Shown piece after piece: positions 47,288 through 56,100 of a stretch of 64,000 nucleotides of DNA. Position numbers and translations under genes: made by a program. The stretch comes from a virus. Under the pieces are notes generated by a model that saw only the letters and a program-made list of their open reading frames with translations, made no database searches and was not told the DNA's origin. Each line of letters opens with the position of its first letter. Positions within the stretch are counted from its first letter, which is position 1. The stretch is from positions 32,001 through 96,000 of IMG/VR virus record IMGVR_UViG_3300017766_005733; one strand, 5' to 3'.

Positions 47288-48220
47288 ATGCCCGTCTTTC
47301 CTTCTTCCAATCCCCCGCGCCGCCGCCCGCCCGTCGCCCCCATCTACGATGAGGACGATTACGAGGAAGAGGATCAGTGGGACGCGGAAGAAGAGGAAGA
47401 AGAGATCGAGGCGCCCGAAGCCGCGTCGGAAGACGAGGAAGAAGACATCGCCATGCTGGCGGTGGAGGAGCGCATCGAGGCCGCCAACTACCTGCGGGCT
47501 CTGCTGACCGCCGATCTCTTTGGTGGCGACCTCTCTGTGGCCGCCGGCCGCGTCCAGCGCATGGTGCGTTCGATCCTGCGCCGTGAACTTGAGGTGCTGC
47601 TGGGTCTCAAGCAGCGAGAGACTGCGGCGCCCGTGGTCGCAGAGAGCCCCTTCTCGCCTGAAGAGGTGGGGGTACTGAAGCTGCTGGCTGCCCGCGCTCG
47701 CGAACCGCGGACTCAGGCACCTCAGGTGTCTGTACAGCAGGTTGCCGTACAGCCGCCGTCGCCCGTCGTTGTCGCGGCACCGCCCAAGGCACCTCAAGTG
47801 ACGCCCGTGAAGGCTGCGCCTGCGACCAAGCCAAAGCAGGCTCCGCAGAAGGACAGGATTCAGCCAAAGCAGGCTCCGCAGAAGGACAGGGTCGTGAAGC
47901 AGGCGCGGCCGAAGCCCGCCGAGAAACCGACGCCCGTGGTTCCTGATGGCGAAACGCCGCCCGTCGACCCGGTCTCGGGCATGCACGTCGAGATGAAGGG
48001 TGACGTGCGCCGCACCAAGAACGGCCGCATCAAGCGGACGCTGATGGTCGGCGATCAGAAGATCACCAATGACCTGACGCCTCAGGTCGTCAACCCCAAC
48101 CGTCTGCCGATGCCGCAGGGCGCCCAGTTTACTGCTATTACGCAGATGCAGGCCGCCGAGACCGTCGCCGCTCAGGGCGGCAAGGCTTCGCAGATTGCCG
48201 CCGTCGCTCTTCAGTCGTGA
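47288..48220 (+). CDS. Hypothetical acidic/Pro-rich protein
   Basis: Biased codons; contains an 11-aa tandem duplication. Confidence 0.7.
   Translation: MPVFPSSNPPRRRPPVAPIYDEDDYEEEDQWDAEEEEEEIEAPEAASEDEEEDIAMLAVEERIEAANYLRALLTADLFGGDLSVAAGRVQRMVRSILRRELEVLLGLKQRETAAPVVAESPFSPEEVGVLKLLAARAREPRTQAPQVSVQQVAVQPPSPVVVAAPPKAPQVTPVKAAPATKPKQAPQKDRIQPKQAPQKDRVVKQARPKPAEKPTPVVPDGETPPVDPVSGMHVEMKGDVRRTKNGRIKRTLMVGDQKITNDLTPQVVNPNRLPMPQGAQFTAITQMQAAETVAAQGGKASQIAAVALQS
47829..47890 (+). repeat. In-frame tandem repeat (29 nt x2, period 33)
   Basis: AGCCAAAGCAGGCTCCGCAGAAGGACAGG at 47829 and 47862. Confidence 0.9.
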
Positions 48221-48234
48221 GAAAGGACCAGAAC

Positions 48235-48864
48235 ATGAACGCCGCCAATGGTTTCCGTGAATCGTCCACCCCCAACACCGCGCAGCGCGTGAAGGCAATG
48301 GAGAAGCAGCTGACTGATGTCCGCAAGATGGGCCCGGCCATCCTCCAGAAGCTGTCCGGAGACCTCAACCAGCTGGCGCAGGCCGTCAGCCAGCGCCTCA
48401 GTTCAATCGACGAGGTTCTGGCGGTTCTCGTCGAGGAGATCGGCGCCGAAGAGGTTGAGTCGCGCATTCAGGCTCGCCGGCTCAAGGCCCGCGTGGCTGA
48501 TGTCGAGCGCAGCAAGCAGGCCATCGCCAATGGTCTGGAGAAGGGGCTGCTGACGGAGGCGCCGGCCGTGGCCGAGGACAGCCTCATCGTCGGCTTTGAG
48601 ACCGACTCCGCCGGCGCCCAGCAGAACCCGCCGTTCTCGTCGCTGCCCTTCGCTCAGCTTCAGCCGAGCCTGAAGGAAAAGTTCCTCAACGCCAAGGCCG
48701 GCGATCGCCTTGAGATCGACGACGGTGGCACCTTCACGATCGAGGCCGTCTACAAGATCGAGAAGGACAAGATCGAGGCGGCTGCGGCGGCCGAGCGCGA
48801 CGAGGCGCTCAAGGCGGCAGCAGAGATGCCTCCCGAGGTCGCCGCTGAGGCAGCTGCGGGCTGA
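48235..48864 (+). CDS. Hypothetical protein
   Basis: AAAGGA RBS; followed by a terminator. Confidence 0.7.
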   Translation: MNAANGFRESSTPNTAQRVKAMEKQLTDVRKMGPAILQKLSGDLNQLAQAVSQRLSSIDEVLAVLVEEIGAEEVESRIQARRLKARVADVERSKQAIANGLEKGLLTEAPAVAEDSLIVGFETDSAGAQQNPPFSSLPFAQLQPSLKEKFLNAKAGDRLEIDDGGTFTIEAVYKIEKDKIEAAAAAERDEALKAAAEMPPEVAAEAAAG

Positions 48865-48888
48865 ACAGGGGATTGCCCTAAAAGAACG

Positions 48889-48916
48889 CGCCCGGCTCAG
48901 CCGGGCGTTTCTTTTT
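48889..48916 (+). terminator. Rho-independent terminator
   Basis: CGCCCGGC-TCA-GCCGGGCG then TTTCTTTTT. Confidence 0.8.
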
Positions 48917-48976
48917 GTTGACTGAATGCTATCTGCCAACATACTGGCGGCGGTTTACGCGCCAAGGAGTTTCCAC

Positions 48977-50164
48977 ATGGCTTCAAAGACGCCGCGGTCT
49001 GATTCCAAGACCAGCCCCCTTCTTCAGCAGGTTCTCGACAAGGCAAAGCCCAAGGAGAACAAGACGACGAGAAGGAGGATGCGCGAAGAGGTCGTGGCCG
49101 ACGCCCTCTTGGAAGAAGTCGGCGAACTCTATGAGCGGCATCGGCTGTCACGCAACCGAACCATCACCACCGTCGCTGCCCGCGACAGCCTCTTCCGCGA
49201 AGACCTTCAGGCCTCTCTCTCGGCCATCTTCCGTCACAAGATCGTCGCCAAGCCCTACACGCCCAAGAAGAAGAAGGTGACCGAGCGCGCGCTCAACCTC
49301 CTTCTCTCTGACCTCCACTTTGGAGCCAACCTCGATCCCCGCGAGGTGCCACTGCGATTTGGCCCCCACGAAGAGGCGCGGCGCATGGCGGCGGTAGTGG
49401 CGCAGACCGCTGAATACAAGCTGCAGTATCGCGATGAGACGATGCTCAACATTCATCTTGCCGGCGACATCATTGAAGGTGAACTGCACGATCCGCGGAA
49501 TGTCAAGCCGTTGGCCGAGCAGGCCGCAGCCGCCATTCACTACCTGACGCAGTCGATCGCCCACCTCGCCACGCGCTTCAAGGCCGTGAATGTCTACTCG
49601 ACGCCGGGCAATCACGATCGCAACATCTCTCGCCACCGAGAGCGCGCCATCTCCCAGAAATGGGACAGCATCGGCAACATCATCTACTTCGCCATCAAGA
49701 CGGCTCTGGCGTCGATCCCCAACATCTCTTTCGAGATCCAGCACGCCCCCTACTACCTCTATGACTCCTTCGGTCGCAAGGGCATGGTCACCCACGGCGA
49801 CACGGTTGCCAACGTCGGCTACCCCGGCAAGACGATCTCGATTGACACCGTCACAAAGGTCGTCAATGCCCACAACGGCCCCGTGAGTGAGCACGAGCGT
49901 ATCGGATTGCTGGCGATCGGCCACGTCCACATCGGATCCTGTGTGCGACTGCCCAATCGCGCCGTATTCATCAGCAATGGCGCCCTTGTTCCTCCGGGAC
50001 CTCATGCGCTCTCACTGAACTCTTTCGATGCGGCCTGTGGACAGATGCTGTGGGAGAGTGTGCCGGGGCACATGGTAGGCGACCACCGCTTTCTCGTCGT
50101 CGACGAGTACACCGACCGTGAAGCGGATCTGGAAAAGATCGTTTCGCCGTTCAAGGGGTTCTAG
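48977..50164 (+). CDS. Metallophosphoesterase
   Basis: SDLHFG, AGDIIEG, PGNHDR, THGD, GHVH; AAGGAG RBS. Confidence 0.85.
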   Translation: MASKTPRSDSKTSPLLQQVLDKAKPKENKTTRRRMREEVVADALLEEVGELYERHRLSRNRTITTVAARDSLFREDLQASLSAIFRHKIVAKPYTPKKKKVTERALNLLLSDLHFGANLDPREVPLRFGPHEEARRMAAVVAQTAEYKLQYRDETMLNIHLAGDIIEGELHDPRNVKPLAEQAAAAIHYLTQSIAHLATRFKAVNVYSTPGNHDRNISRHRERAISQKWDSIGNIIYFAIKTALASIPNISFEIQHAPYYLYDSFGRKGMVTHGDTVANVGYPGKTISIDTVTKVVNAHNGPVSEHERIGLLAIGHVHIGSCVRLPNRAVFISNGALVPPGPHALSLNSFDAACGQMLWESVPGHMVGDHRFLVVDEYTDREADLEKIVSPFKGF

Positions 50165-50183
50165 TAGGTGTGGGGAAACGGGG

Positions 50184-50651
50184 ATGGTGCATGGCAAAGA
50201 TCCTTCGCCGAAGCCGCGGCTTCACAAAGGCATGTTCCGTGGTTTGACGGCCTCGGAAATCGAGGGTCTGGTGCGGGTACTGGCTCAGGAATCGAGGGAT
50301 CTGGCGTCCGCGGAATCAATCAATCGCGTGATGCTGGCTGACATCGAATCGCACCTACGGACCACTCGACTGCACCTCGCGAAGAACGAAGAGAACATTG
50401 AGGCGATCAAAAAGGCGCTGATTGTTATACTGGAAGAGTATCGGCATACCATCAAGCGCATCGCCGAGGGCACCAGCAGGATCGCGGAACTACAGAAAAG
50501 CCAACGGAGACTGAGTAATGAGAGGACGCAAATCAACGACAGGACCGCCGCCGTCTCCGAAGCCCTCCGCCTCGGCAACGAAGCTGCAGCCAGAGCCTCG
50601 CCGGTCATCGCCGGTCGTTTCGGCGGAAGATCAGAAACGCCTTCGGAATGA
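50184..50651 (+). CDS. Coiled-coil hypothetical protein
   Basis: Heptad-rich ORF; start uncertain. Confidence 0.5.
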   Translation: MVHGKDPSPKPRLHKGMFRGLTASEIEGLVRVLAQESRDLASAESINRVMLADIESHLRTTRLHLAKNEENIEAIKKALIVILEEYRHTIKRIAEGTSRIAELQKSQRRLSNERTQINDRTAAVSEALRLGNEAAARASPVIAGRFGGRSETPSE

Positions 50652-50823
50652 GCCCGACTTCGTCCTCATGCGACACTGCGACAACAGCCTCGCAAGGGTC
50701 GTTGCGCGTCACCCAGAGGGGGTGCCGCACAAGGTCATCGCCCGAGCACTGGGGTTGACGGAGGAAGAAGTCGCTCAGATCCTGCAGAAGGCGCTTGGAA
50801 AGATGAAGGAGCACATGACATGA
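50518..50823 (+). CDS. Small HTH (sigma region-4-like) protein
   Basis: HKVIARALGLTEEEVAQILQKALGKMK; start uncertain. Confidence 0.55.
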   Translation: MRGRKSTTGPPPSPKPSASATKLQPEPRRSSPVVSAEDQKRLRNEPDFVLMRHCDNSLARVVARHPEGVPHKVIARALGLTEEEVAQILQKALGKMKEHMT

Positions 50824-51068
50824 TGGAAGACGTCGTTGAGGATTTCTTCAATCCCCAGACCCTTGAGTGGGACACCAAGACCAACTGGCCCTACACCCAG
50901 AACTGTGTGGTCAGACGAGGAGGCACGGTGTTCGTGGCACGTCGCGCGGAATGGCTTGAGGTAGCCCCAGAGCACGCAGATGGCGTGCTGTGGGGGCTGA
51001 TCCCCATCAAGAGCCTTCCGGCTGAGGACTTCTCTGCGCTCTGTCGCTGGCTCGCTGAAGCCGGTTGA
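50820..51068 (+). CDS. Hypothetical protein
   Basis: AAGGAG RBS, overlapping the upstream stop. Confidence 0.55.
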   Translation: MMEDVVEDFFNPQTLEWDTKTNWPYTQNCVVRRGGTVFVARRAEWLEVAPEHADGVLWGLIPIKSLPAEDFSALCRWLAEAG

Positions 51069-51099
51069 CTTCAGGCGCCAGTGTGGGTAAGAGGGAGGG

Positions 51100-52770
51100 A
51101 TGCTACAGCGCAACCCTCCCTCTTTTCATTGCCATCCCCAGAGCCTTGACTCGGGTTCAACCCCCGAGGCCATCATCAAGCGAGAGATGGAGTTGGGCAC
51201 GGGGACCATTACCGTCACCGACCACGGCTCCCTGTCCTGCTGCCGCAAGGTCTATGACCTCGCTCGCGGCAAGGGGCTGACGCCGATCCTCGGCATCGAG
51301 GGTTACTTCCGCGACGACAACTGCCCGATTCTGCGCGCCAAGGGCGTCGACCCCGCGAAGCACCTCAAATACTACCACATCACCATACACGCCCTCGACC
51401 AAGAGGCTTACCACAAGATCGTTTCCAAGACGTCGTTGGCTCGCACTGAGCGCCATGGCAGCGAGGTCAAGCCGCTGTTCACTTGGGCGGACTTGGAGGA
51501 GATCGGTGCCTGCAACGTCACCGTCGGCAGCGGCTGCCTCGTGGGTATGGTGCAGCGCCACCTGTTGGCGCATGGCGACTTGGCTACCGCCGAGGCCTAC
51601 TATGCGCGCCTGCGATCGATCGTGCGCCCCGGCAACTTCTACGCCGAAGTCTTCCCGCACTCCTGTACCCACAACTGGGTGCAGGGCGTCTTCGTGACCT
51701 TTGCCGACGGCACCGAGGTCCGTTACTACGACGAGAAGAACCTGCGCCTTGGCAGTGGCCTGCAGGTGAAGGCGGCGGAACTCGCCAAGGCCTTTGCCCA
51801 CAAGGGCTGGAAGGGCGACACGCTGGTGGCGGTCATGGATCGCCGGGTGTGGCGCGACCTTGAGCCCAAGGCCATCGTCAAGGTGAAGCGCGTCGAGGCC
51901 TTCATCGAGAACGAGTGCCTGCCATGGACGACCAACCCCAACGTCCAGCAGGCGTGCAACGAGATCATCCTTGGCTTCGCCGACAAGTACGGTGACCCCG
52001 TGGTCATCAGCGACGACAGCCACTACGCGACGGCCGACGACAAGATCGTGCAGGACATCCGCCTGCAGCAGCAGGGCAACTGGCGCTTCTACGGCACCTA
52101 CGCCCGCCAGTCGGCGGCCGATTCATGGGCCTACTTCAAGGCCAACAACACCACGGAGGCTCAGTTTGAGGGCTGGGTGGAGAACAACGTCGCGTGGGGT
52201 CAGCGCTTCAAGGACTTCAAGCTGGTGGAGCCGCCGTCGCTGCCCACGAAGTTCTACCCCTCCGACACCCTCAACCACACCATCGACCTCGTTCGGCAGC
52301 AGGGGCGGATGCAGTGGAAGGACCAGAAGTACGTTGATCGGCTGCGGGCGGAGATCAACCTGCTGCACTACAACAAGACCATCGATCTGCTGCCCTACTT
52401 CTTTGTGGGGGCCGACGTTTGCAACGCCTACTCGCAACAAGGATTTCTGACTGGGCCGGGCCGCGGATCGGCCGCCGGTCTCCTGTTGACGTACCTGCTG
52501 GGCATCACCCACGTCGACCCGCTGAAGTATGACCTGTCGATGGATCGCTTCCTGACCGTCGATCGCATCAAGTCGGGAAAGTTGCCTGACATTGACTTTG
52601 ATTTTCCGTCTCGGGATATTCTCGTAGAAGAGCACGACGTGGATATGATAGAAATCGTCATGGAAGACGGATCCAAGAAGATCATCTCGCCCTCTCAGAA
52701 GATCAAAACCAGTCAAGGAATGATGACAGCACAGGAAGCCTTCGATCGACAGGCTGAGGTGATCGAATGA
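51100..52770 (+). CDS. dnaE: DNA polymerase III alpha, N-terminal fragment (PHP and start of palm)
   Basis: HCH, TDHG, GIEGY, DDSHY, GPGRGSAAG, LGITHVDPLKYDL, PDIDFDF; ends in an intein-like tail. Confidence 0.92.
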   Translation: MLQRNPPSFHCHPQSLDSGSTPEAIIKREMELGTGTITVTDHGSLSCCRKVYDLARGKGLTPILGIEGYFRDDNCPILRAKGVDPAKHLKYYHITIHALDQEAYHKIVSKTSLARTERHGSEVKPLFTWADLEEIGACNVTVGSGCLVGMVQRHLLAHGDLATAEAYYARLRSIVRPGNFYAEVFPHSCTHNWVQGVFVTFADGTEVRYYDEKNLRLGSGLQVKAAELAKAFAHKGWKGDTLVAVMDRRVWRDLEPKAIVKVKRVEAFIENECLPWTTNPNVQQACNEIILGFADKYGDPVVISDDSHYATADDKIVQDIRLQQQGNWRFYGTYARQSAADSWAYFKANNTTEAQFEGWVENNVAWGQRFKDFKLVEPPSLPTKFYPSDTLNHTIDLVRQQGRMQWKDQKYVDRLRAEINLLHYNKTIDLLPYFFVGADVCNAYSQQGFLTGPGRGSAAGLLLTYLLGITHVDPLKYDLSMDRFLTVDRIKSGKLPDIDFDFPSRDILVEEHDVDMIEIVMEDGSKKIISPSQKIKTSQGMMTAQEAFDRQAEVIE

Positions 52771-53192
52771 TTTGTCAAAGATGCAACAAGGACGAGCGAT
52801 ACAAAGATGGCAAATGCAAGCCATGTGCTCGCGCAAGAGCCAGAGAAGACTACCATCAAAATGCCGAAAAACGGAAAAGACAGGCACAGGAATGGAAAGA
52901 GAATAACCGAGAAAGAGCCAGAGCCTCGGGTCGCAGGGGAGGACGAACTGATTGGCAGCCGGGTGAGCACGAAAGAGCAGAGGCCGCCCTAAAGACGGCA
53001 AACCGGTGCGAGGTCTGTGATAGCGTCGACCCTCGCCATAAACGTGGATGGAACGCCGACCACGATCACGCCACCGGGCTTTTCCGTGGCATCGTCTGCC
53101 ATCCATGCAACATTGCCATCTCTCATGTAGAGAAGTTTGACCTAGACCGCGGGCAGCAGGTCTGGTACTACCTTGCAAGGAAGAAACGATGA
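52767..53192 (+). CDS. Free-standing Endonuclease VII-type HNH homing endonuclease splitting dnaE
   Basis: CEVC...DHDHATGLFRGIVCHPCN; ATGA overlaps with both dnaE fragments; lower GC than flanks. Confidence 0.88.
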   Translation: MICQRCNKDERYKDGKCKPCARARAREDYHQNAEKRKRQAQEWKENNRERARASGRRGGRTDWQPGEHERAEAALKTANRCEVCDSVDPRHKRGWNADHDHATGLFRGIVCHPCNIAISHVEKFDLDRGQQVWYYLARKKR

Positions 53193-56100
53193 AAATCACC
53201 TCAATCAACGCCGTCACGGTGAGAGCGGAACCTTGGCTCAAGCAGCGCTTCGGCGCCGACCACTACGCGCAGATCAGCGCCGACACGACCCTGAAGCTGC
53301 GGTCGTCGGTGAAGGACGTTGCGCGCGCCACCCACGGCTCAGTGCCGCCTGACGTCGAGGAACTGACCAAGCAGTTCCAGAATCCTCCTCAGGGCATCAG
53401 CGACAGCGACTTCGTCTTTGGCTACACGGCCAACGACGAACACGTCCCCGGCAGCATCGAGACCGACGCCGCCCTCAAGACCTACATCTCCCGATACCCC
53501 AAGGAATGGGAGACGGTGCAGCGGCTGCTGGGTATCGCGCGGTCCAAGACCCGTCACGCCTGCGGCTTCATCATCGCCAATCGCCCTGTCCATGAGTTCA
53601 TCCCGTTGATGGACATCGGCGGCGTCACGGCCACGCAGTACACCTCTTCTGCCGTCGAGGCCGCCGGCGGGCTGAAGATGGACTTCCTTGTCGTCAACAG
53701 CCTTGGCGACATCAAGGATGCCCTGAACCTGATTCAGGAGGGGACGTTGCCCGGAGGCCGGGCCAGTGGCGACGAGGGTCTGCGGTATCCGGCGACGCTG
53801 GTGATCAACGGCCGCCTTGTGCCGCGCCATCGTCTTGTGCCCGACGGCAACGGCGGCTTCTACGACATTTGGGATCTGCCCGAGGATCAGGCGGTGTTTC
53901 GCGAGATCAGCGAGGGCAAGACCGAGACCGTCTTCCAGTTCAACACCCCCGGCGCCATCCAGTGGCTGCGGCACTTCAACCACTGGAAGGACGAGATGGC
54001 TGGACACAAGGCCATTGACTCCATTGAAGCCATGTCGGCCTTCACGGCCCTTGACCGCCCCGGACCCTTGGATGCCTACGTTGAGGGGCCCGATGGCCGC
54101 CAGCACAACATGCTCGTGGAGTACGCCCGCCGTGCCCGCGGCGAAGAAGCCTGTGGCAGCATCAATGCCCTGTCAGTCCTCTTTCCCGAGACCTATGGCG
54201 TCCTGACCTACCAAGAGCAGCTGCAGCGCGCGTATCGCGAGTTGACGGGCTGCAGCGGCTCAGAGGCCGAGGAGTTCCGCACCAACGTCGCGAAGAAGAA
54301 GATGGACAAGGTCCTGAAGGCCTACCCGGCGTTCATTGAGCGTGCTTCCGCCAAGGTTGGCGGCGAGCAAGTCGCCAAGACCATCTGGGAAACCTTCGTT
54401 ACATGGGGACAATACGGCTTCAACAAAACTATGGACCAAAGCACAATCTTGTCTACGGTTGACGGTGACCAGAAGCGCATCGTCGATTTCAAGGGCGGAG
54501 AGCATGTTTGGTGTGTTGATGATCATGGGCAAAAAACCGCGACCGAAGTCGTGGCGTTGCATGATCATGGCGAACTGATGGGTTGGGAACTTGAGTTTGA
54601 CGATGGCTACAAGGTAGTTGCGTCATCTCATCATAAGTTCTTGACAGAACTTGGCCAGACACCCCTTCATGAAATCATTGATCGGGATTTGGAGGTGCTT
54701 GGTGGCGTATCAATGGAAGAATCGAGTGGTGGGCATTCCAATGGCGTGCGGCCAGAGGGTGCCGAAACGCCAGAGGGCGATGCACAAAAGGGACTGCGCG
54801 ACTTGCGCGGCCGTGAAAGCGGAAAACATTCGGCAGAGGATGATTGCGCACAACACTCGGCCGGAACAGAAGGCAGCGGCCTCGGAGGCCGCTCAGAGAA
54901 CTTCGTCTCGGCGAGACATCCAGCTGCAGCGAGTGGCGCGAATGCATGCTTGGCAGCGAGAGCATCCAGAACAGATCGAGGCGATCTGGGAATCCGCCAG
55001 AAGAGCAGGCAAGAAATCGAAGGCGGAGGCATGGCTTCGATCAGAGGCGATCTTGAGTTGGCCGGATGCACAGATCCGCTGCGGGCTCAAGAAGAAGCAG
55101 GTGGACTTCGTGTCCCCAGACCACAAAATCTGGGTGGAAGTGGACGGATTCTTCCACTTTCACGAGGCATCGAAAACTCGGAAACAGTTGACGAAGATTC
55201 AGGAGAGGTACGCGATGCTGCGCGACGAAGCGCTTCGTCGCGGCGATGTGACATTGATCCGGCTTTCCGGGCAATGCTTCCGTTCTTCCGACGGGAGGAT
55301 GCATCGCGAATGGCTAGAGTGGCTTACAGCGACGCTCCGCTCTCCTGTTCCCGGAGTCTGGTGCGCCGGCGCATTGTACGAGTCCGTGCAGTGGGCATCC
55401 GCCGGATGTACGATCTTGAAGTCGCCCACCCGAAACACAACTTTATGCTGTCCAACGGAGTCGTAACCAGCAATAGTCACTCGGTTTGCTACAGCCACAT
55501 CGCCTACGCCTGCGCCTACCTCAAGCACCACTTCCCGCTGGAGTGGTGGTGCGCCGTCCTTGGCAATGCGTCAAAGAACGAGGTCGTCGACGACTTCTGG
55601 CGCCACTGCGGTCATCTCGTCAAGCTGCCGGACATCAACCGGTCGTCGCGCAAGTTCCGGATTGAAGGCGACCACATCCGCGCGCCCGTGGGCCTGATCG
55701 TGGGTGTTGGCGAGACGGCACAGCAGCAGCTACTGGCCCTCGCCCCCTTCGTTGACGTCCGCGACTTCTGCCAGAAGATCGAGGTCGATTGCGTTGCCCG
55801 CAAGACGCCGCTGATCGACAAGGCAACGGGGAAACAAAAGACGACAAAGGACGGCCAGCTGCGATGGACGAAGGGCCGCAGCGCGCTGACGCGAGGCGTT
55901 GTGCATCTCCTCATTGCCGCCGGCGTCATGGACAGCCTCTTCCCCGCCGACTCCACGCTGTCGGAGAAGATCGCGGCCTACGAGCAGGCGTCGGCTGAGG
56001 CCAAGGGCGAAAAGAAGATCCAGCCGGTGCCGCCCAAGTACCTCGTCAACAGCCGCGTCCTCAACTTCCAGCTGCGCAAGAAGGTGCTGCCCATCTACAG

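Noticed and set aside
47829-47890. 29-nt direct repeat as a mini-CRISPR
   Set aside because: Only two copies 4 nt apart, in-frame inside a gene; no cas genes.
52627-53230. Functional trans-splicing split intein
   Set aside because: No N-terminal Cys/Ser block A, no block B His, no terminal Asn followed by Cys/Ser/Thr.
52600-53240. Group I intron as the explanation for the dnaE break
   Set aside because: The interval is fully occupied by coupled coding sequence with ATGA overlaps; no room for, or sign of, a ribozyme core.
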